This document shows, in pieces, positions 29,151 to 36,716 of a stretch of DNA of 64,000 nt. The number at the start of each line of letters is the position of its first letter. Positions within the stretch are counted from its first letter, which is position 1. The stretch comes from an uncultured Acidobacteriota bacterium (lineage in GTDB: Bacteria; Acidobacteriota; Terriglobia; Bryobacterales; Bryobacteraceae): contig CADECY010000005.1 in assembly GCA_902825945.1 (NCBI GenBank), positions 90,557-154,556 of the forward strand, read 5' to 3'. The notes under the pieces are model-generated. The model ran no database searches. It was not told the origin of the DNA and saw only the letters and a list, made by a program, of their open reading frames with translations. A program made the position numbers and the translations under genes.

Positions 29151-29603
29151 TCATGAATCGTGGCGGCTGGCGAGCATCTTCTCGATCGTCGCGTCGAGCA
29201 CGGCGACGTAGCCCGCCACATCCGTGTTCCCCTCGTCGGGGGTACCCTTGGCCCGATAGAGCCAGCCGCGGCCGTACGGATCCGAGTCGGCCAGCGTGAT
29301 ATCGGTGTCGAGAGCCGGATTCACATTCAGTAACTCGCCCGAAACCACGCTGTAAAGATCGGCCACCGCCTTGAACCCCTCGAGCCAGCCGATCTTGGCG
29401 CCCAACGTGATCGCCGAACCCGCCCGAGCGTCGAATCCGTACTCCACCAGATCGCCGAGCATCCGGGTCGCGAACTTCGTCATGCCGACGCGCCATACCC
29501 CAGCCTCCTCTTCGACCAGCCAATAGTGGGACGCGGTGTAGCGCCTGCCTTCCGGCAATCGTGTCGAGAAGCGGGATCGCTTGTAGTAGTAAACCGATTC
29601 CAT
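29151..29603 (-). CDS. glycine cleavage system H-like (lipoyl-domain) protein
   Basis: YTASHYWL...VGMTKFA...GDLVEY...IGWLEGFKAVADLYSVVSGEL...DPYGRGWL matches the GcvH layout. Confidence 0.75.
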   Translation of the reverse strand: MESVYYYKRSRFSTRLPEGRRYTASHYWLVEEEAGVWRVGMTKFATRMLGDLVEYGFDARAGSAITLGAKIGWLEGFKAVADLYSVVSGELLNVNPALDTDITLADSDPYGRGWLYRAKGTPDEGNTDVAGYVAVLDATIEKMLASRHDS

Positions 29604-29633
29604 CGCGGCCCCTCACGGGCCTCGAATACTATT

Positions 29634-30746
29634 TTAGCCGAGCAGAGCCCGGACCATTGCCCCGAAATCGGGGAGCGGAGTGGTATGGCACCAGGAGAAT
29701 CGGAGCGCACCTTCCTCGCGCCGTTCGCCCACTTTCATCGCGGCGAGCACGTGGCTGCACTGGAAATGCTGGGAGGCGCAGGCCGCGCCGTTCGAGATCG
29801 ATACCAGATCGTGCCAGCGCTCCATGACTTCGCCCGATTCGTGACCGGGGATCGCGAGGTTGACGATGTTCGGAACCGCGAGGTGCGGATCGCCGTTGAT
29901 CTCGGGGGCGAGCGGCGCGAGCCCGGCGAGTAGCGCGGCCCGGAACGCACCGTTGGCGCGGTTTCGCGACTCCTCTTCCGCCACGGCAAGCTCCGCCGCC
30001 AGTCCGAAGCCCGCGATGAGGGGAACGGCGAGGGTGCCGGGACGGAGTCCGCGCTCCTGGCCTCCACCGAACAGGATCGGGGCGAGCGGGGGCGGTTCAT
30101 TTTCGCGGCGGCGGGCGATCAGCGCTCCCACTCCCTTGGGCGCGAAGATCTTGTGGCCGCTCAGACTGATCAGGTCGATGCGGGGATTCCGGAGCGCGGC
30201 GGTAGCCTTGCCAAATCCCTGCGCCGAATCGACGTGGAAGTACGCGGGATGTCCAGAGAGCAGGCCCGCGACCTCCTCCACCGGCTGGATCACGCCCGTT
30301 TCGTTGTTGACGTGCATCATGGTCACGAGCCGCGTTTCCGGCCGCAGCGCCCCCGCGACGGCACCGGCTGAAACCGCCCCCGAAGCGTCCGGCGCGATTC
30401 GTGTGACCGCGAATCCGCGGCGTTCGAGTTCGGCGACGGGCTCGAGTACGGCATGATGCTCGATCGCCGTGGTGACGATGTGTCCGCCGCCGTCGCGCGC
30501 CAAGCCGAGGATCGCGAGGTTGTTCGATTCAGTGGCGCCGCTGGTGAAGATCACTTCCGGGCGGCGAGCGTCGACGGCGGCCGCGACCTGTCCGCGGGCC
30601 CTCTCGACCGCGCTCCGAGCCCGTTCGCCGTGACCATGAGTCCTCGATCCAGCATTTCCGAAGTCCTCATCGAGATAGCGCAGCACGACGTCGCGGACGC
30701 GCGGGTCAAGCGGCGTCGTCGCGGCGCAATCGAGGTAGACGGGCAT
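29634..30746 (-). CDS. cysteine desulfurase (class V aminotransferase, NifS/IscS-like)
   Basis: MPVYLDCAATTPLDPRV, the PLP-lysine motif SGHKIFAPKGVGAL, and a C-terminal SNGAACAS active-site Cys region. Confidence 0.9.
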   Translation of the reverse strand: MPVYLDCAATTPLDPRVRDVVLRYLDEDFGNAGSRTHGHGERARSAVERARGQVAAAVDARRPEVIFTSGATESNNLAILGLARDGGGHIVTTAIEHHAVLEPVAELERRGFAVTRIAPDASGAVSAGAVAGALRPETRLVTMMHVNNETGVIQPVEEVAGLLSGHPAYFHVDSAQGFGKATAALRNPRIDLISLSGHKIFAPKGVGALIARRRENEPPPLAPILFGGGQERGLRPGTLAVPLIAGFGLAAELAVAEEESRNRANGAFRAALLAGLAPLAPEINGDPHLAVPNIVNLAIPGHESGEVMERWHDLVSISNGAACASQHFQCSHVLAAMKVGERREEGALRFSWCHTTPLPDFGAMVRALLG

Positions 30747-30776
30747 AGGGCCATTCTATCGGCCCTGGCCCGAATC

Positions 30777-31808
30777 CTATCGTGTGGGGCGTTCGGCGCC
30801 GGAGCGGCGCATGTACGGCCCCCGGCTGCCGTTGGGCAAAGTGGTGGTCTGGTCAGTGCGGGCGAGCCCCAGTTGATCCCCCGTCAGTCCACGCGCACCC
30901 TTGAGGTTGGCTCCCCGCAGGTCGGCGCCAGCCAGGTACGCTCCGTCGAACTTGGCTTGCTGAAGATCGGCTCCGCTGAAGTCGGCTCCGCCCATCCGCG
31001 CCTCTCGGAAATCAGCGAGAGAGGCCTTGGCCTTGATGAAACAGCAGCGGCTGAGGTCGGTCGAGGTAAATCGGGCGCCGCCGCATTCGCTCTGCGTCAG
31101 ATTGCAGTCTTGCAATTGGATATTGGTGAGGTTGGCGCCGGCGAAAACGGCACCGTAGAACCGCGACATCTGGATGCGGGCCCGGTGCAGGTTAGCCCCT
31201 TCGAAGGTGACACTCGAGAAATCGCACCCGTGGATCTTGGCCTGCAGCAGTTGCGCGCGGTTCAGATGCGCTCCATTGAACTGGCACTGGTGCAGTGATG
31301 CCTCGAGCCAGCGCGACTCCTCCATATGCGCGTTGTGCAGCGATGCTTCATTCATCCGTGCTTCCGAAAAATTGGCGGCCAGCAGCCAGCAAGCCTGCAT
31401 CCGCGCGTGGTCGAGTTTGGCACCCGACAGGTCCGCTCGATTCAACGTCGCTCCGCGCAAGTCGGCGAACTGCAGTTCCGCTCCGCTCAAGTTGCTGTCG
31501 GAGAGTTCGGCATCGATCCACGACGTATGGTCGAGCAGCGCTCCCGATAAGTTGACGCGCTGCCAACGGACGTCGCTCATGGTGGCGCGGGTCAGAATCG
31601 CGCGCTCACCCTTGGGTGCCTTGATGAGCCAACTCTCGTGAAGCTCGATGATCCGCTTCAGGTTCCGATCTGTCAGACCGGCACCGCTCGCCGGGGGCGG
31701 CGCCTCGACGACGGAACTTCCCGCTCTGCGTAGTTCCATTCGTAGTAGCTCATCGTCGGCGGCGGGCCAGGCTTTAGGAAATTTTTCGCCCTTCCGCTGG
31801 GCTATCAT
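30777..31808 (-). CDS. pentapeptide repeat protein
   Basis: Long run of A(D/N)LXX repeats (ADLRGATLNRADLSGAKLDHARMQ...ADLQQAKFDGAYLAGADLRGANLKGA). The start may be further downstream. Confidence 0.85.
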   Translation of the reverse strand: MIAQRKGEKFPKAWPAADDELLRMELRRAGSSVVEAPPPASGAGLTDRNLKRIIELHESWLIKAPKGERAILTRATMSDVRWQRVNLSGALLDHTSWIDAELSDSNLSGAELQFADLRGATLNRADLSGAKLDHARMQACWLLAANFSEARMNEASLHNAHMEESRWLEASLHQCQFNGAHLNRAQLLQAKIHGCDFSSVTFEGANLHRARIQMSRFYGAVFAGANLTNIQLQDCNLTQSECGGARFTSTDLSRCCFIKAKASLADFREARMGGADFSGADLQQAKFDGAYLAGADLRGANLKGARGLTGDQLGLARTDQTTTLPNGSRGPYMRRSGAERPTR

Positions 31809-31816
31809 GGCGAGGA

Positions 31817-32770
31817 ATGGCGGTGATCACGGTTTCGGGACCGCCGGGATGCCGCGCCGAGGAAGCGGCGCGCGCCATCGCCCAGCGGCTCGCCTATCGA
31901 TTCCTTTCCGAGTCGAGCCTTCGTATGCTCATCGCCGAATCCTACGGCAGTGAAACCTCGGTGCCGCCGCCGCTCTACGCGCCCGCGCTCGAGGATCTGC
32001 TCGCGCATCTGGCTGCGCACGATCATCTGGTGATCCACTGGAATGGCGCCGAAACGCTCATGCCGTCGTTCCCCTCCTCGCTGCGGGTCGCGATCACCGC
32101 GAGCGAACGCTATCGGGCCGGTTCGCTGATGCTCGACCACCGTCTCGATCGCGCCGCGGCGCGCCGTCTCCTTTCCCAACTCGACACCGAAGCCCGGAAT
32201 CTCCGCCGCGCCCAGTTCCGCCGCGGGTCTGCCAAGCCAAGCGATTTCGATGTCGTTTGCAACGCCGAAACCATGGACCCGGGCGAGGAAGCCGCGCTCG
32301 TCTGTGCGATCGTCTCCCATCGCGGACTGACCGAAGCCGGGCTCCTCCCACCGGGGCGCCAGGCGGAGATCGAGTTCCACGCACGGCTCGCGCTTTCCCG
32401 GCTCGGCATCGCGCCAGCCGGGCGCCCAGCGCTACGCGCCAAGACCTTTGCCAACCGCAGCGAGCAGATCTTCGCCAACTTACTCGACTTCTATCGCATC
32501 GCCTGGGAGTATGAGCCGCGCACCTTCGCGCTGGCCTGGGACGGCAAGGGCACCGCGGCGGAGTCATTTACTCCGGACTTCTATCTTCCCGAATTCGACC
32601 TGTTCATCGAGCTGACCACCATGAAGCAGTCTTTGGTAACCAAAAAGAACCGGAAATTGAAACTCCTGCGCTCACTGTACCCGAACGTCAATATCCGGAT
32701 CTTCTATCAAAAAGACTTCCAGGATCTCGTCTTCAAATACGGCCTCGTGCCCACTCCGGCCAGCGCATGA
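31817..32770 (+). CDS. cytidylate-kinase-like (degenerate P-loop) protein with unassigned C-terminal domain
   Basis: MAVITVSGPPGCRAEEAARAIAQRL resembles cytidylate-kinase-like families but lacks the GK(S/T). The C-terminus TPDFYLPEFDLFIELTTMK is weakly nuclease-fold-like. Confidence 0.55.
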   Translation: MAVITVSGPPGCRAEEAARAIAQRLAYRFLSESSLRMLIAESYGSETSVPPPLYAPALEDLLAHLAAHDHLVIHWNGAETLMPSFPSSLRVAITASERYRAGSLMLDHRLDRAAARRLLSQLDTEARNLRRAQFRRGSAKPSDFDVVCNAETMDPGEEAALVCAIVSHRGLTEAGLLPPGRQAEIEFHARLALSRLGIAPAGRPALRAKTFANRSEQIFANLLDFYRIAWEYEPRTFALAWDGKGTAAESFTPDFYLPEFDLFIELTTMKQSLVTKKNRKLKLLRSLYPNVNIRIFYQKDFQDLVFKYGLVPTPASA

Positions 32771-33324
32771 GAGTGCTGCCGGAAAACGCCCGCGTGCTGT
32801 TCACCGAAGAGCAGGTGGACGCCCAGGTCCGCCGGGTCGCCGCCGGAATCAACGAGCGGTACCGCTCGGGCGGCGTGAAGCTGATCGGCGTACTGAAGGG
32901 CTCAGTCTTCTTCCTGACCGCGCTTTCTCGATATCTCGAGGTTCCAGTGCGAGTCGATTTCCTTGCCATTTCCAGCTTTTCGACGCGGCGCGGAGCACCG
33001 GGAGTGGTGCGGATCGAGAAGGACCTCGACGAGCCGATCGAGGGCGAAGACGTCTTGGTGGTGGAAGACATCGTGGATACCGGACTGACCCTTCGCTATC
33101 TTCTGCGGACCCTCGCCGGACGCGGCCCGAATTCGCTCGGAATCTGCACGCTGCTCGACCGCGCCGCGCGCCGGCTGGTAGAGGTGCCGGTGGAGTACCG
33201 TTGCTTCGAGATCGGTGATCATTTCGTGGTCGGCTGCGGCCTCGACTACAAGCAGCTTTACCGGAATCTGCGGTGTGTCGCGGTGATCGATAGTCCAGGG
33301 CAGGAGTCCAGCGATTCGGATTAG
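32767..33324 (+). CDS. hpt: hypoxanthine phosphoribosyltransferase
   Basis: PRPP-binding motif VLVVEDIVDTGLTL, LKGSVFFL and GCGLDY motifs. ATGA overlap with the upstream gene. Confidence 0.9.
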   Translation: MRVLPENARVLFTEEQVDAQVRRVAAGINERYRSGGVKLIGVLKGSVFFLTALSRYLEVPVRVDFLAISSFSTRRGAPGVVRIEKDLDEPIEGEDVLVVEDIVDTGLTLRYLLRTLAGRGPNSLGICTLLDRAARRLVEVPVEYRCFEIGDHFVVGCGLDYKQLYRNLRCVAVIDSPGQESSDSD

Positions 33325-33327
33325 CCG

Positions 33328-34710
33328 GTGATACAATTGCCGCATGACTGCCAACAAGCTACCCATTGTTTTGCTGCATTAGCCATGTCCCTGCAGGCGC
33401 AGACACTGAACAGTCCAGCGAACGGGTCCACGGTCACCACCTCGATCGTGACTTTCAGTTGGAGTGCCGCGCCGGCCGCCGGCGAACGCTATGAAGTGCG
33501 CGTCTTTCACACGGTGACCGGCGCGCTCGAACTCAACATTTCATTCGGCCCCGGAATCAACAACGAACACTACACATTCCGTTCGGGAACTTACCGGGCG
33601 GACATTCGTCTCTGCAAGCCGCAGTGCGTCGCGGGAGCTTCGACGAACTTTACCGTGACTAACCGGACCGCCTCTCCGGGAACCGCCGCCAACGTGAACT
33701 GTACCACGGTCAATGACAATAATCAGAATCGCGTGGACTGCACCTGGAACGCCGTCGCGCTGGCTGACTTCTATCTGGCCCGCCTGGTGCAGGCTGGCAC
33801 CGGACCGGGGGGAGGAGCACTCACCGTTGCCGGGAACCAGATCGGATCCACTTCGGTCAGCCTCGTGGCGCCCAATGGTCCCCTCTCTTTCGTGGTCCAG
33901 GCATGTACTGGCGACGGCTGCGGGGGGCAAAGCAGCCCGGTCGTGGTGAATTCGAACTTTGGCTCGCCCCTCTTGCCGAGGATCTCCGAACCGATGGCCG
34001 GATCCGTCGTCGAGGCGGGCTCGAACGCTCCGGTTGCGCTCTTTGCGTGGAACCGCATTGCGGGGGACACGGGCGCTGGGGAGGTGGTCTACCGGCTCTA
34101 TATCAGCGATTTCTCCCGGAACGCGCCCGCCCTCGACGTCCTCACCACATCCAACTTTCAATCCGCCTTCCTGAATCCATCCAACCGCTATGATGCGCTG
34201 GTGATCGCCTACCCGAACTTTCTTCCGTTCGGGCCCACCTCGCCCATCACCGCTCCGGTTCAAGGACCGCCTGTTCCGCTCATCGCCCGCGGCCGGGTCC
34301 CGTCGAATCCGACCGTGAGCCAGCCTTGGTTTTCCGTCGGATTCGTCAACTTTCCGACACCCACGGGTCAGACCATGCGCGCCTCCTGGACGCCCCTTCC
34401 CGACGCTCAAGGACAGACGGGCAACCGGCTCTATCAATATCGCGTGATTGGCGTCTCGTTCGACTCTGGCATCAGGGCGACCGGTGTCACCCTCGAGAAC
34501 TCGGTCGATGTGCCGGCTTATGTGCCCGGCGGGTTCCCTGCCGGCAACGTACTGATCGGATATGTATTCGAGGTGCGCGCCTGCCAGCAGTTCGCGACCT
34601 GTACGGCAGGCTCGGAAACAGGCTGGGGGCCGTGGTCCGGTTCGCCGGGATCGGAAGGCTTCCGTTCCGAGTTCGGGATCAACAAGACATCGCGGCTGGG
34701 TGTCCCATAA
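33328..34710 (+). CDS. hypothetical secreted protein; the N-terminus is probably frameshifted (see finding)
   Basis: 460-aa Thr/Ser/Gly/Asn-rich ORF. The signal peptide appears split between two frames at a T-run (33369-33372). Confidence 0.5.
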   Translation: MIQLPHDCQQATHCFAALAMSLQAQTLNSPANGSTVTTSIVTFSWSAAPAAGERYEVRVFHTVTGALELNISFGPGINNEHYTFRSGTYRADIRLCKPQCVAGASTNFTVTNRTASPGTAANVNCTTVNDNNQNRVDCTWNAVALADFYLARLVQAGTGPGGGALTVAGNQIGSTSVSLVAPNGPLSFVVQACTGDGCGGQSSPVVVNSNFGSPLLPRISEPMAGSVVEAGSNAPVALFAWNRIAGDTGAGEVVYRLYISDFSRNAPALDVLTTSNFQSAFLNPSNRYDALVIAYPNFLPFGPTSPITAPVQGPPVPLIARGRVPSNPTVSQPWFSVGFVNFPTPTGQTMRASWTPLPDAQGQTGNRLYQYRVIGVSFDSGIRATGVTLENSVDVPAYVPGGFPAGNVLIGYVFEVRACQQFATCTAGSETGWGPWSGSPGSEGFRSEFGINKTSRLGVP

Positions 34711-34734
34711 CCCTCACTGCCCGGATGGAGAATA

Positions 34735-34759
34735 GGCCGGGCTCGATCCAAGCCCGGCC
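34735..34759. terminator. hairpin downstream of the displaced receptor 3' end and of the convergent gene
   Basis: GGCCGGGCT-CGATCCA-AGCCCGGCC: perfect 9-bp GC-rich stem. Lies between the stop at 34710 (+) and the stop at 34773 (-). Confidence 0.45.
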
Positions 34760-34772
34760 CGTCCCGAACCCG

Positions 34773-34957
34773 TCAAAAATGCAACCGTAGCGTGTACTGA
34801 ACCTCTCGGCCGTAGTTGACCTGCGAGGTGATCCCGCCGAACTGCGTGCTCGTCACCGTCAGATTCGGATTGCCCGGCATCACGCTGTTCGTCAGGTTGT
34901 AGCCCTCGAACCTCAGCTCGAGCTTGAACCGCTCGGTGAGTGAGAGTTCTTGGAAAG
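34773..34957 (-). pseudogene. displaced 3' fragment of the TonB-dependent receptor gene (last 56 codons + stop); left direct repeat of the islet
   Basis: 34807-34940 is identical to 37897-38030. The fragment encodes SLTERFKLELRFEGYNLTN...GREVQYTLRLHF*, identical to the receptor C-terminus. A 1-nt indel at about 34946 breaks the frame upstream. Confidence 0.85.
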
Positions 34958-35113
34958 TGCCTGAATCCGATCTTCGGGACAAAACATCAGCCGGACGCCG
35001 CGACTTTTGTGGGAAATGCGCGGCGGCGCGGTTGTTCACCCCACCGCCTTCCATCCTACGCCGGGACATTGTGTTGCGCCGGAGATTACCTTATCCTGAA
35101 TCCAGGCAGCTAT

Positions 35114-36697
35114 ATGCACAACATCGAAATTCCAGATGGTCAAGCGGAGGCACTCAAGGCCAAGGCTGCGGCAAAGGGCCTCACTTTGGAGTCGTGGCTG
35201 GCTCAGCTTGCGGAGCCGGTGGCGCCGGTCAAGTTTTTACGATTCTTTTGCGTATATTCGCACCAGGACGAGGCACTCAGGCAGGAACTCCATGCATACC
35301 TGGAGTCAAGGGGGCTGTTCGATGAAATGGAGTATTGGTACGACTATGAGCTGAAAGCCGGACAAGACTTCTCAAAAGAAATCGAACGGCGCCTCGAGCG
35401 CGCAGATGTGTTCTTGTTCCTGCTGAGTGACGCATTTCTCTCCTCGGACTTTATCAACAATAAGGAAGCAAAACGCGCGGTCGAGAGGTTCCACGCAGGA
35501 GAGGCGCTGATCATTCCTGTCGACCTGGGGTTGACCAAAGGTCTTCCCGGGCACCTAGCCTTTTTGTGCAACTTGCAGTGGCTGCCTGACTACCCCAAGA
35601 TGGCTCTCACCGGCAACCCGGTGCCTGCTGAATCCGGCTTGAATGAGGCTGCTGACGCGAAGCGTCAGCAGATCTATGAAAAGGTCGCCGAGGGTGTTCG
35701 CCGGGCGCTAGGGAATCGCAATCACTTGTTGATTTCTGACGAATCGCCATTCTCCAGCGAACTCCGATCCCGCCTCCTCGAGCGGCGATTCGACTTGGGC
35801 ATTGGGAGGGTGCACTCCTTTCGCGACCCGTCGAGCGGCGGCTTGCCCTACATCCGCCGTTACGAGAATTTGCTGAGCGAATTCCTGGGCGATAGGGTCA
35901 GGGACAACTGCGTCTTCACAATATATCCGGATGAGTCAGTCACTAATGGGGGCGAAGAGGCCGAACTCGTCAAGGAGCTGAGCGAAAAGGGCAAGGGGAT
36001 TATTTGCTTCGAGTCTGGAACCTCCCTCCTCGATGCGGCCGTGAAGGAGGAAAGCGGCGGACGAGCTCTTGCGGACAGAAATCCGGCCTGCGTGATTCGT
36101 ACGAAACACAGCAAGGCGGCCTCGGAATTGACTGTCGAGGTCGAGCGATTTCTTTCGGACGCACGAGGAATCAAGCATGTCGTGATGTTGCCTGGCCCCC
36201 CTACTCCGAACTCTCTAGAGCGCTGGGGAGAATACCATCAGTTCCTGTCCAGACTCCTGGGGCAATACTGCGGTTCCGCGCCTGATCCGAGCCGCGGCGG
36301 CGCCGTCGCGATTACCGTCAACTCCACTCCCCCCAACTGGTCCAAGGACCCCAATCTCGCCCGTGAGGTTTTCGACTGCCTTCGGCTCGACCCTGCTTCC
36401 GACTCCTTGTGCATCATCTGCGCTAACGATGAAGCTGCTCTTTGCGTCTCGGAAGCATTCGAACAACATGTCAACCTCGGCGAGGACTGTGCGATGTTCG
36501 ACCGGCGCCGAGCGCTGCTTGTCGGCTTTGATGGCATAAGTGCGATGCGCGAGGCCATTCAGGCCGGGAAGCCCATGCTTACGATGGCCGTCGATCAGGA
36601 GAGCATGTGCAGACGAGCGTGCGACGTATTCGCGAAACGGCCGTACGATGCAAAACCACACGAATTAGATGCCCGGATCGAACGGCCCATGCGATAA
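35114..36697 (+). CDS. TIR-domain protein: RHH-like N-terminus + TIR_2-type domain + PBP1 (LacI/RbsB-type) ligand-binding-like C-terminal domain
   Basis: TIR: FFCVYSHQDEALRQELHAYLES...YWYDYELKAGQDFSKEIERRLERADVFLFLLSDAFLSSDFINNKEAKRAVERFHAGEALIIPVDL. C-terminus: CIICANDEAALCVSEAF...LVGFDGISAMREAIQAGKPMLTMAVDQESMCRRACDVF. Start at ATG 35114; the track start at 34940 lies inside the repeat. Confidence 0.8.
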   Translation: MHNIEIPDGQAEALKAKAAAKGLTLESWLAQLAEPVAPVKFLRFFCVYSHQDEALRQELHAYLESRGLFDEMEYWYDYELKAGQDFSKEIERRLERADVFLFLLSDAFLSSDFINNKEAKRAVERFHAGEALIIPVDLGLTKGLPGHLAFLCNLQWLPDYPKMALTGNPVPAESGLNEAADAKRQQIYEKVAEGVRRALGNRNHLLISDESPFSSELRSRLLERRFDLGIGRVHSFRDPSSGGLPYIRRYENLLSEFLGDRVRDNCVFTIYPDESVTNGGEEAELVKELSEKGKGIICFESGTSLLDAAVKEESGGRALADRNPACVIRTKHSKAASELTVEVERFLSDARGIKHVVMLPGPPTPNSLERWGEYHQFLSRLLGQYCGSAPDPSRGGAVAITVNSTPPNWSKDPNLAREVFDCLRLDPASDSLCIICANDEAALCVSEAFEQHVNLGEDCAMFDRRRALLVGFDGISAMREAIQAGKPMLTMAVDQESMCRRACDVFAKRPYDAKPHELDARIERPMR

Positions 36698-36716
36698 GCG
36701 ATCACCGGAGAAATCC

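Noticed and set aside
34773-35069. 98-aa minus-strand ORF as an independent gene
   Set aside because: Its C-terminal 56 aa are an exact duplicate of the receptor C-terminus. The N-terminal part arises from a frameshifted junction with islet DNA. It is best explained as a displaced gene fragment.
34940-35113. Track start (34940) for the TIR protein ORF, giving 585 aa
   Set aside because: The first 58 codons run through the repeat junction and have no protein-like character. ATG 35114 opens a plausible RHH-like N-terminus.
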